From: Oopsacas minuta
Taxonomy: Eukaryota; Animalia; Porifera
Length of the DNA: 46,080 bases
Assembly (NCBI GenBank): GCA_024704765.1
Contig: JAKMXF010000054.1
Coordinates: 1 to 46,080, forward strand
Direction of reading: 5' to 3'
The position numbers were made by a program, and so were the translations under genes. The notes under the pieces were generated by a model that saw only the letters and a list, made by a program, of their open reading frames with translations, was not told the origin of the DNA and ran no database searches. Shown here piece by piece: positions 25,689 to 37,924 of the stretch (its first letter is position 1; the number at the start of each line of letters is the position of its first letter).

Positions 25689-28258
25689 GTTTAGACATAC
25701 AAATTGAACGATGCGTTTCCGAAAATAGAATTTTTGACATATGACACATCAAATATGTGATAGAGGAACTAGAACTTGGGATTCGGAAACCGCATACATG
25801 ATTGGTTCGGATAACATAAATTCATTCTTGATGAGAATGAGAAATTAAATTAAGATAACTTCTGCAATAACTCAAAAAAGTTACGAATAATCAAAATATA
25901 TAGTATGTTCCCGTCGCGAAATCAACAGAGGCCGGAAGGCTGCTTCAATAATCATATGAATAATAAGGCACGGCAAGAGAATAAATATTCTCGATAGTGG
26001 ATAAAATTGAATAAAACTAACTGTATGTTCTATAAGTGTACGTGTTCTAGTCAAACAGAAACTACAGAGCATAATATTTACAAATAAACTAAATTAGATA
26101 ATTCGGAGATTAGAGCAAGTAGAAATTTCAAGCTCAGCAATATTGTAATAACTACACTTTCAATATTTCCATCAAAGATCATGTTCTACTTCATTGGTGA
26201 TCCTTTTATTCTTTTAGAAATTTGGAGACTTCACATCTACGAGTATCAAACTAGATTTAGTATGGTTTTGATCACGATAAGTATTTGATCGTATATCTTG
26301 GGTTGAAAGAACAAAGGACGTATTGGGGAATTTCTAATTTCTCCAGGTACGGAAAAGAATTGTATAGGGAGTTCAATAATGTCACAGGTGGGTTCAACAT
26401 TACGTCAATTCTTTAAGCTCATCGAATAAGTAAATTGAATATTTAGGAGCTATGCATCCGAATCCTGACATAAAAATGTAAATTTGGCTTGATCATCATA
26501 TCCTCTATATGACTGCCTAGAGACTGATTGAATCAATCGTATTAGTTCAAGAACTACTAGTATAATTGTAATTATCATAGCCTACAAAAGATAAGGCCTG
26601 AACACTGAGTGAAATTGCACTGGACCATGGTTGCGGAAAGATTTTGATGGGAAATTCTATATAGTCCATAATATGAAACTGGGAAATTTTCATCCAAATA
26701 AATGTATTACTGAAATGCAAGCAATCCAAAGAACAACATTTGTGTAGATTACTGATCGAAGTGACGTATTTAGTAGCCTAACTGGAAAATATGAATATAA
26801 AAAGGTTCAATTTGGAATCCATATACAACGTTAATTATTTAAATATGTTTAAAATGTTGAAACTCCAAACGCTCTAAACCTGTTTCTGTACAAAATTGAA
26901 AATTTGTCATGATAAAGCTCGCATTTTCCTGGTATATCACTCAAACTATGGAAGTCTTATGTTTTGTCAGTATCCTCTTGTAACTCGATAATCGTTACAA
27001 TTATGGTAAATTCAGCATAGCCATATATAGTATATGCATGACTTTCCAAATCATTATAATTAATTTCAATATGATATCTCTTACCAAAATGAAGTAATCA
27101 CGAATATACCCATAGATGGTCATTTTTTAGATTGCACCAGTTTTTTATACTGAATATTAGCTATTATGACAACAGTAACAATATGCATGATACAATTTAC
27201 ATGGGAAAGTGTTCTGTATAATGTGTGATCGATCTTTTCCCTCCAAACAAAAACTCCTGTATCAATCCCTAGATTAATAATTAACATTCTAAATAGTTTC
27301 AAAGATCGAGCATTATTTAACACACACTTGTAAATGACGTTAGAAGATAACGTTATTTCGATCTGAAATTTTCACAGATGTTGCTTCGTAAATTCTTATA
27401 TATCAATAACACATTCATTTGGGTGAAATGTTCCAGTTTCATATTATCGACGATAATAGAATTTCACATCAAAATGTATCCAATTCCTATTATCCCTGGT
27501 TAAAAGTAGTGATCAAACCAGACAGAAGTTAGACAGAAGTTAAGAAATAGTCGATAAACAGGATACTGGTGTTAAAGACTCATAATGAACATATCGAAGG
27601 CTAATGAATGGTGTAGGTGACAATCGTCTGTGGATATATACCCTATGAGTTTTCTAACAGGTGCTTAAATAAAGAACTAACAAATTGAGTTAATTTTTAT
27701 AGAGCATGTTCTTTGAAAGAAGATAGGAATTCCTGCTGAAATATTCACACATGTTTCAGTTGTACCTAATTCTAAAACAAGTCCCCGATTCACAAATATA
27801 AATGGGACAATCCTTCACAACTCCGGATAACCAACAACCCCGAGATACAAATTTGTGATTCAACTGTTGAAACTTTCGCATCTAGGGGAGTGTCCAAACT
27901 AGCATCACTATAATCGCTATAAAATGACATTGTCAAGTTGTTACAGATATAGTTAAATAATAGAGATAATTCAAGGTGTTTCCAGTGATAGCATGAAATT
28001 TATCATTAAGATCAATACATTTAGTTGTAAACTTTATTTATCATGATACCATCTATAACATAATTCAGAAAAATATTTGGGTAAAGGTGATAGATGATTG
28101 CCTGCAATTCCCAAGAAAATTTTCGATATTATTTCGATAATGAGCCAAAGAAAAAGAAGATGTGGGGAATTAAGAAATTTTTCAGTGATAGCTGGGTGTC
28201 GGAGGATCGTCATAAGTGAAAATAAGGAGGTTTCCAGGACAAATCCTTGAATGTTTAA

Positions 28259-28922
28259 GGTCCAGGTTACAGAATCACAAAAATTTCGATCTGCAAATTT
28301 GACTGAGATTTTGAGAAATCTTACCTATCGATACCTTATGAATTTGCATTTTCTTCTATCAATGGTCTACAAAGCCGCTCAAAATGTCAAAATGGCCCGA
28401 ATGTCCAGCAATGCAGTTGGCATCAACATATCTAGATATAAAAACATTTTCCAAAAGTTGATATGTAGTCAAGATATATTTACATGTTGTGCTAGAGCTC
28501 GAAATTTCGATTTCGCACCGGCAAGCTCAGAATTCTTCAAATACATTCCTCTAACCACTGAAGACAAGGATGGAGTTTTGTGAGGTGTTGGAGAAAATTG
28601 TGTGCAGATTTCAGAGATTCCCGGTGCGGAGCCAAAGTCGGGCAAACGCTCAGCACGCAAACATATCAGAGATACATGTAACCGTTTAGTTCACGTTGAG
28701 AACTATATATATGGTGATGCCACAGTGAGGGTCCTTGGGTCCATTTTGAAATGTTGAGCGGCCTTATAGAGAATTGATAGACGAATATTCAAACTCACGT
28801 TGCTCAATCATATCTTATCCAATTGATTTGAAATTTCACACAAGCTGTAGATAGGTAAGATCTCTCAAAATCCGAGTAAAATTTGAAGTTCTACATTTTT
28901 AGTGGTTCAGTACACCGGATCC
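28259..28922. mobile_element. ~660-bp foldback / MITE-like element, nearly palindromic end to end, TTAA-type flanks (Kolobok-like, tentative)
   Basis: 28307-28329 versus reverse complement of 28850-28872 match 22/23; 28371-28398 versus reverse complement of 28738-28765 match 24/28; inner CGCACCGG/CCGGTGCG pair. Left flank TTAA (28255-28258), right flank ATAA. Confidence 0.7.
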
Positions 28923-30961
28923 ATAAATGACCAGGTGAAGTGTCAATCGTCCAATCAGCAATTAAGCTTGATACAAATCAACATTATTTCTGGAATTAGT
29001 TTTCCAAAAATGTTAAGTGGCAACACCAAGGATATTTGTAATAAAAGTTGGTTCGAAAATTATCAGATAATTGAATTTCTTAAAGTTTGCTTTGGGATTA
29101 CCGAAAACAGAATATTTAAAATAAATTCCTCTTGATAGATACAACCGACAAAGAATGAATCGGGATTCCTAAGTTATTCTACAGATTTGAACAATAAATT
29201 AGCTTGAGGAATTTCCCTTTCATGAATAAGAGTTGATTAAATATAGTTATAAATATCAAGTTTCATCCAGGTTTCGTCATAGCCATCATTTCTTTAGTAA
29301 ATATAAATTGAATATCGGTTCCGTATATAACAGGATCAAACAAAATTGATGCCCTAGCAATTTAGCTAAATATCTTTCGCTCGGAATTGAGCAAATCATT
29401 GATCACTTTATAATTTAACCGCCATGAAAGTAAATACAAGTTTGAACACTTTAAGGCACACTAAAAACAAAATTCTTGCAGATATGCGCATATCAATCAC
29501 TAGTAGGCTGAGTCTTGGGTACGTCTCATACTGTTTTCACAATACCCGATTGGATTGAAGTCCGGAAAGTTTCCATATCAAGTAATTGATATGGACACCA
29601 ATATATCAGACACTCTAAAAATTCCTTAAGATGTTGTTTACAATTATTCTTTGTCTTTGTAGTATGGTGAGGATGAGCCACACATAATGTTTGAATTATA
29701 TACGGACATGTTAAAAACTCACAAAATGTTATCGGTTTATGGTGCTACAAAAGGAAGTTAAATAATAAACTTGGGCCATAGCCTACTAAACAAAGCCCTT
29801 ACAGTAAAATTACAAGGGATGTACTAGTAGCTGAAAAATATAGAGTAGAAAAGGTGCATTTTTGCATGAACGAATGTATTGCATATATGTGGAACATCAT
29901 ATTTATACCAGTGAATGCAAACAAATAAGGAATGGGCCCAAATATGTGTCTATTAAGAATATATTTAGCATTACATGTAATTCTTCTAGGACTTGTAGAA
30001 ATTCAAATATTGCATTTATCAATTCAAAGTGAAAAAATGAAATGATCTATGGATAGATTACTACAAGATGTCAAAAATTTGTAATTCCAAAGTTGGCTCG
30101 CTATTCAGTTATGGTAGAGATCATAGGTAACAATTTCTGAGCATTCCATTATAACTAAAGGATCGTAAAATTTATGGTAAATCACATGAGCCAATTTATA
30201 CAATATAACCAACTTCAGCAAACCCTGATAATAGATTTGATATGAAATAATTGAAGAGTATTGCGGAATCTTGAAAATAACCATATTTGGGCATCGTCAC
30301 ATTGGTATGAGAAATCAAATCATATGTATTAAAAGAGTATGGGAATTCAGGTCAAAGTATAAATTGACTATTCATATATAACCATAATTGAAATGATTCT
30401 AGATTTATAATTGAATATTCAAAAAATTCGTCATCCATCATCTCAATCGTAATTCCACAACGAGCTAACTTTTGAATGACAATTCATAGATCATTGTATT
30501 CAGTCTGAGTTGATAAATGAAATATCTAATGTTTTACAAGGCATCAAAGAATGATATATCCTACTAAATACAAGCATACTAGACACATATTTTGACAAAT
30601 TGGTGAAATTTTTAAGCATTTATTCAAATAAAATTTGATGCGTACAAAAAAGTCATACATATATTTAGGTAAAGTACATTTTCTGCAATAAAGAAGCATG
30701 TCTTTAAATGCTTTGAGCAAATATTGCATTCCTGGTGCAAAAATTTCGATTTAAGTTAGGAGTTAGATTTAGTAGGGTATGCTTGCGTGAATTTATCAAC
30801 CATATGCTCAGTATTACACGGGAAAAAGTAATCACCATGGGAAGCGAATTAAAGTCATGGTTGCCTAGAATATAATGAATAGTGTATCAATTTTGTTATA
30901 ACATGTATTAGGGAGTATGAGATGATTATTGGCTGCTAGAACAAGTTGTTGAGCATTGGAT

Positions 30962-32555
30962 TGTTTTGACAGAAATTGGTTCCCTACCTCTACAGATAAT
31001 GCCCCATCGTCAATGATGCCTTGTCATGCTATGTGAAGCCTATCAAGGTATTTTGAGGTTGTGTACCTAGTTGTCAATGATGACTTGTAATGATATGTGA
31101 AAATATAAAGCCGATAATCTTTACAATTCATCACATCATAATTCGTTTTTTTACATTATGGATCCCCTTGATTACGAGTGTATTAGAAAATATCTCAAGT
31201 CTGGAGAATATTCATCTGATTATTGCAAGTGCTAGTTCAGTAAATTCAATCATTTTTAGATCATAATCATGCTGATAGTAACCACTAACGCTCGTTTGTT
31301 TATGCTAGGTGATTGCGGACACTTCATGCTCGTACTCGGTTTTCCCTCAACATAGAGGAAACCACCTCTGATACGCCAAATTTAGAGAATTCGGTACTAG
31401 GTACAGGTGAAAAAAGTCGAATAATGTCGATAACATCATATTCGGAATGAATGTACCAGATTACTCCATAATATAGTTGAAGCCAGGTTTCTGGATAATT
31501 TTGAATTCAAAATATTTTGGTACCATAAATTAATATAGCATTATCAATTTCTTATATGATAAACTCAAAACTGCGAAATTCGGATTCAGCATATTGATAA
31601 TTACACTGCACAACAAATATTCATTTTGGAAAAAAAGTGAATGCCTGATTAGGTCTCTATAGTCAATTAGGATCTCCTGATTCCGAATATGAATACGGTT
31701 TTGCTCATTCACGCAACAATTTTATAAAATTCAGCTCTCAAATAGGAAAATGGCATATATTACCAATAATTTCTTCCTAAATATCAACTAGTCATGTAAA
31801 ACCTTTCGAGGAATTTTAATTCGCGGTTATGTTGAATTCGTTTATTACAAAAAGTAGTATAGTATTGGCTAAACATTGTGTTTATATGGTATATTACGAT
31901 ATTCTGTGATTTTTTCTAATTTTTGTATATGTGATTTAGATTTCACTAGTCAATGGCCAATTCTTTGCCTATACTACCTCGTTCTGGTATTTATTTGCTC
32001 TAAATCCTATGAGTCTAATAATCTTCACATGTTTTACATAACTAGATGATATTTGGATATATAATATTTGCAAATTGTTGTAATTTCCAATTTTACGTGT
32101 TGAATTCTATACAATTCGTGCATTGTTGAGCAAAACTGTGTATTCATATTTGGATTCCGGTATCCTAATTGATTATTGAGACCTAATTAGGTCTCGTTTT
32201 TCCAAAATGAAAATTTTTATATAGTGAAATTAGTCAATTTGTATTCCATCTGTTCAATACCTTATGGAACAACAAACATAATTGTTTTGCAAAAATGATT
32301 CAACATGCAACGAAATAACATAAATATAATTACTATGATGAATTAGCCAGTTTGCATCACACAATCATTATCACATAGCATTACAAGTCATCTTTGACAA
32401 CTAGGTACACAACCTCAAAATACCTTGATAGGCTTCACATAGTATGACAAGTCATCATTGACAATGGGGGGGGCGCAATATTTGACATAAACCATGGATA
32501 TTTGACAGATTATACCCGGGAGGCAGTATTATGAGGAGGCAATTCTGTCAAAACA
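30962..32555 (+). mobile_element. 1.6-kb element with TGT...ACA termini and long subterminal inverted repeats (Ginger-like, tentative)
   Basis: Outer TGTTTTGACAGAA / TTCTGTCAAAACA. 99-bp inverted repeats at 31002-31100 and 32371-32469 with 5 mismatches. Flanks GGAT / GCAT. Internal MDPLDYECIRKYLKSGEY from 31158. Confidence 0.55.
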
Positions 32556-33444
32556 GCATGCTGGCAATGATTAGGATATATAAGGGTAATCCTCCTTCTC
32601 CAGAAATTAGTGTATTTATAGTGTATTAACCATAGATGAAGTGGGACTGAATTTTGATATGTACTACCTGAAATATTCAAGGATGAATACCTGATTATCC
32701 TTGGAGATAAGCAACCATCCTAACGATGTTATACATTTCCTTTCACCTTAAAATCGCAATATGATTTGCATTTTGCTTTAGCTGGGTGCAAGCACTATCC
32801 TCATCAATAACTATATTATAAATTCCAAAATGATTAGTATCGTTTGACATATTGTGTCAACATTAGAGATATAAGAAAATAAATTATTAGGGGAGAAGTC
32901 GTTTGATACCTATATTTCATTTAGAAATGAATATTCGATTTCATCCATTCAAAAAGTGTATAATTTAATCATGGATATCTAGAATATATGGATATGGATG
33001 AGAATTTTATGCGTACAAATGGGAGTCATGATATATATATATATACATAATTACATATCTACGACATATACACTATGAAATTCGCATATGTATGGCAAAA
33101 TGATCAATTCATAGTGGGAAAAAAAGGTAGAAATGTTTTCTAGATTCTCTCATCCGAGGAAATAAAACATTCAATTTCAAAATGGTTTTGAAATAAGGTA
33201 GACGAATTTTCAATATTAGATGCAATTTTGCAGAGATGTTATGATGTCATGTTGAAAGCCTACTAACTTCTTATTAGATCAACTTGCATAGTTAGACAAC
33301 ACAAAACACTAAATCTATCACTTGTTACAAACTGAGACAGGAAATGAACTTTGATATTTCTAAATCAAGTTCACACTTTCATCCATAATTAATTCTAGCA
33401 TAGTACATCTGTATATGAGCCTACTTTGCAAAGATTGATATTTT

Positions 33445-33999
33445 GAAGGTTTCCTGTGGGATCGCAAAGATGTACTTTTAGAAAAACTTGGAAAAATATT
33501 TAATATCAATGGTCCACTATAGTGGGCCATAGATATTAAACTGAGTCTGATTTCAACGTCGTTCGAAAGAAATTCGGCAACGGAAATGTAAAAATAGCTT
33601 TTCGAAAGCACTGTGATGTGTCCCCTTCGGAAGATATGTTATTATAATCCAGTTCGATTGAAACTGCATCAAAGAAAAGGTATCCATAAACTCTATTGTC
33701 TACGATGTGTAAATAAATTCAAAAATTCGAAAACCACTTAGCGAATTGACACCGAATGTTTTGAAGCTAGACTTGCTCCTCTGATAAATCATATTGAGAC
33801 TATTGCTGGAAGAAAGTTTGAAACACAAAGACAATCGCGCATATGCTTTTCAACTTGTATCTACCTCAAGAAATGATCGCTCAACATATGCCTTAGAAAA
33901 CAAATTGCCTCGAAAAGGCTCTTTCACAGTCAAACCAAAATCCCAATTGATAAATGTACGGTTCTTTTGCAACAAATGAAATTGGAAACGGAAGTTTAG
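33445..33999 (+). pseudogene. Degenerate transposase-like frame, best resembling ISL2EU / PIF-Harbinger
   Basis: 184 codons in one frame with only 5 stops. IAGRKFETQRQSRICFSTCIYL resembles LAxRFxISxSTVSRIFxTWI, an alternate frame LYLPQEMIAQHMP resembles WPxRExIxxxMP, and PIDKCT resembles IIDCTE. Confidence 0.4.
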
Positions 34000-34263
34000 T
34001 TTAAAATCTGAAAATGTTATTCTTTTTATCTAAATACACAAATTTCCCCTTTTCGGACTGAAATCACACTGGCGAAGGATCTACGCTATGTTAAAATAAA
34101 ATTCCATATCAGAATATCTTGAGAACGGTACAATAACTAATTCACACTTTCAAATTAGGACTGTAGTTCGGATATGTATGAAGGAGAATGAAGAAATGTG
34201 AGATTCCTTATGCATTCATTCATCAATCCTTAAATGGAGGGGATAGAACAAAATGGCTTAGAG

Positions 34264-36030
34264 CAGGGGGCCTACGGTCCACGGGCAAAGTCAGGTCGGC
34301 CAAAGATTTCAGTTCGGCATGCCTTCCTGGTAAAGCGAACGTAGATCATTACTGCCAATGCCAAAATGACTACAAGCCAAACCGAATTACTTCTTTTCTT
34401 TTTAATATCCAATTTTTTTGTCGAATGAATTGTATTGATCAATTTGTATATTACCCAAATTCACCGCAGTGTATTGTCCAGACACATCGCAGTATCTTTT
34501 CACGCATTTGTCATCCTAAAACAGTAATTTGGTATATTCAAGACTATTAAATGATTTCCAACATATTAAAATTAGCATAAAGTCCTCAACATACCATCTA
34601 TTTTCATATTCGTGATAAATTTCCCAACTAAAACAAAGATAGCTACCCCGATGACTACTGTCAAGAAAAGAAATTTAAATGGAGAATGTTGACTTTTCAA
34701 AGGATCTTGGACGAATGATTATTTCGGCATCGAGCACAGTGAGGTTATATTGTGCCTGATATGTCAAGAAAAATAGCTGTTTTCAAGGAATACAATTTCG
34801 GGCGACATTATTCTACCAGACATGCTCAGAATTTCGACATGCTTAACGGTCGGATGAGAATTGATCGAATCAACTCGCTGAAACAGAATATGAACGGTCA
34901 GCAGTCTATTTTCAAGGCTGAAATACAAAGTTCTGAGGCAGCTACCAAGGTCCGCTTATTAACAGTAAAAGAGATAGCGAAGAGAGGGAAATCATTACCT
35001 GATGGAGAAAATGTGAAAGACAGTTTGTACAAATTTACATCTACGTATATATGTCCTTACAAAAAGTCGATGTTAGAGAAACAACCCTTACATCTCTGAT
35101 CGTTGCTAAAAGAGTGAACGACCTAGCAACCAATATTCAAAAATACTTCAGCCAGAGATTTGGTGCCTGTCAATTTTATAGTCTATCCATCGATAAAAGG
35201 ACAGAAGTGTGTGATACAGCTCAACTCGCAATATTTATAAGAGGAGTGATCAAGGTTATGAAGTCGTTGAAGAACGGCTCGACCTATGTCCGATGAAAAG
35301 CATAACTGAAGGGCAAGACATTTTCGACGAAGTAAACATGTAGTGATGAAATTCAATCAGGGCGAACTTTGTGGCGTAACAACTGATGGATTCCGGTGCG
35401 AGGATAGGAAAGCGTAAAGGATTCACTAGTGTAATGCTTAAATATGTATCACATCAAGTCATTTCACATCACTGCACCATTTACCAACAACAACTGTATG
35501 CCAAAACGCTAGAGAAGAAACGTGTGTTGGAAGAAGTTGCTTCTAACATCAACTTCATTAGATCTTAGAGACTCAGCGACAGAAAATTTCAGACCTTTCT
35601 TACAGATGTTGGACCTGACCACGACGATGTTATTTATTTCCGCCATATTCGCTGGTTCAGCAGAGCGATCACCCTTGTCAAATTCTATCCCCTACTTAAA
35701 GAAATCAAATTCATTATGAAGAGCAAAGAAAGGATTTAAGCTTTATGGAAGATTATCAATGGTTGATGACTTAACATACCTAGTATAAATTACCAAGCAT
35801 CTTGCGAACTTAATGTGAATCCATAAGAAAAGGAGTGATGTATCAACAGACTGCACGGACATATGCAAATGTTCATTCAACAATTAGAAATGATTCATAC
35901 ACAGTTGATCAACAAGAAAGTTCTAAATTTCACAACTCTATCAACAAGGGATGGAACGATAGTGAATATGAAAAGTATTCTACCCTCATTGGAATTATAA
36001 GAAATGATTTTGACCAAGGTTTTGGGATCA
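34264..36030 (+). mobile_element. Buster/SPIN-type hAT element, second copy, 3'-truncated, retains the 5' transposase region
   Basis: Degenerate 5' end CAGGGGG..CCTACGGTCCACGGG. WTNDYF...LCLICQEKIAVFKEYNFGRHYSTRH, YSLSIDKRTEVCDTAQLAIFIRGV. Long colinearity with 21756-22800. Confidence 0.88.
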
Positions 36031-36299
36031 AACAAATTACATTGATAAAAAGTACTCACTTTGAGCCAAAATCTGATGTATGGATTTAATTCGAGAAGAG
36101 ACGTTAACTACAAACCAAACACTGATTATTCGAAATTTAGACCATAAAAATATAGAGAAACACCTCAAATCCCTTGGATTGGCTCTCAGTCTGACTGATT
36201 CTAAAATTTTGTAGCTAAATTCATTTCATGTAACTTTGATCAATTGTATAAAGCAACAACTGAAATTCACAAAGAGGATGGAAAGATTCACGCTTAACA

Positions 36300-37860
36300 A
36301 CGACGGGAAATCTTTGCTATATAAGCTTACTCGTTTAGGTTGGGTACTTCAACTGCCATTGCCATGAAGCGATAATCAGATTCAACTACATACCTGGATG
36401 TGCAGCATATAATTCATTACTATCAGTTCCTCAGCCATTGACTCAAGTCTGAGTATTTCGTTGTTACCAGAACTGGCATATGAGTCGAGCCTCATGACTG
36501 TTACCTCTAAGACAACCAAATTGAAAAAATTAACTGTCGGCTTAAACCGTCCTACAGTTGTTTCATATAATACGGCACTATATTAGAAGATGGTCCACTT
36601 GTGGATTCAAGACATGAAATAAAAGGTTCTCAAGTTCAAAGACTTGGCGAATTAAACACTGTCCTGGCTGCATTGAGGGCCTTAGGTGTCTCAATCGAAA
36701 GTTCAGGCATAGATGACGCAATGGTAGAGGCTGAATTATTTGTGTCAGCTACCACACGTCAAATTCTAAAATGGTCATACTTGAACAGTACAATCAGTGC
36801 TCACATACATTAATACATAGCAATTTATGAACTGATATTCGAGTTGTTCTTCGAAGAGCATTTTCAAAAGTGGGCAATGGTACAAAAGCCGAACAGTGAA
36901 ATAAATGAACATTAAATTTCAACATGTCATCTCCAAAGCTGATGCCGCAAACAATTTCAAGATATGGGAGATACAGCAAAGCAATAATGCTATGTTTCGC
37001 TAACTGGATAGACTACCTTCACCTTCATAGAGTAGAGATGATCTTGTTGTTTTGATGCTGCGTTTCGGGATGCCAACTTTGGACTTCACCTTGAATCGGG
37101 AGAGGTATTGAGTAACTCTTTTTCTCCGCCATGGTGCACATATGATATGTACGAAATAAGATAGAACCATCTATCCATCAATAGGAATTCCTAGAAAGAA
37201 ATATCTTAAATCCTATTGATGATATTGGTCAGCGTATTTATGAAGAGATTGCTGAAGAGAAGAATCAATAGGAGTGTTAGTCTATTTGCCCGTGTAACGA
37301 AAGAAAACAACAAGATTACATATCTGGGAAGAAACAAGCGAAACTGATGCTCAGAAACAAGGCAATTGACATGGCAATTGACACAAAAAATCTAAAGACC
37401 TATATTGAAGGCTGATGGTTTTGGCCAAATTAAGTTGGGAAATTGATCAGAAGGCAATCATGCATATACTTTGACACCTAAAGAAATATTGCTTCAAATG
37501 GTGAGCAATTAACATGCATTGACAAGTCCAAGTTACCAATTTCTTTGTAAAATTGGAGAAGATATTCCAGTGCTCCAAGCAGATCAGCTACAAATACAAC
37601 CTATAAGTATTTACCACTAACTGAGCATATGGATACCAACCAAAGATTAAATAAAATTGTAATTGTTGATGGCATGGCCATTATCCAGAAAATAACTAGG
37701 AGAGTTATTGCAATTGTGACAGTCCAAGATCTGTGTTAAGATTGGTGTCGTAAACACATCTCCTTAAGAACAAAGATGATATCATCCTTAAATTTAATAC
37801 GTACATTGTTGATTCAATAAATGCGAAACAAGAGAAAGTAGAAAGATAGGGATGCACAGT
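36300..37860 (+). pseudogene. Academ-like transposase remnant
   Basis: IPG(W)AAYNSLLS, RLGELNTVLAALRALGVSIESSGIDDAMVEAEL..SATTRQILK, DDIGQRIYEE, DKSKL, IVIVDGMAIIQK: motif order recalled for Academ-type transposases. No termini identified. Confidence 0.65.
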
Positions 37861-37924
37861 GGGCTAGTATTGCGAATTACTAGTATTAGGGTTTTAAGCG
37901 TTCAAAGTTAGATATACGCTTATA

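Noticed and set aside
26630-26830. Gypsy RT-like FSSLTGKYEYKKVQFG
   Set aside because: No YxDD or other RT motifs nearby and the spacing is wrong; too weak to call.
28960-29135. FPKMLSGNTKDICNKSWFENY resembling a hAT TTF-type zinc-finger start
   Set aside because: The downstream WLEYS/FCxxC residues are not present; insufficient support.
32178-32195. Short perfect palindromes and hairpins (32178-32195, 3763-3790, about 15858-15871) and a (TA)n run near 33030
   Set aside because: Lengths expected by chance or slippage in AT-rich repeat DNA; no associated structure.
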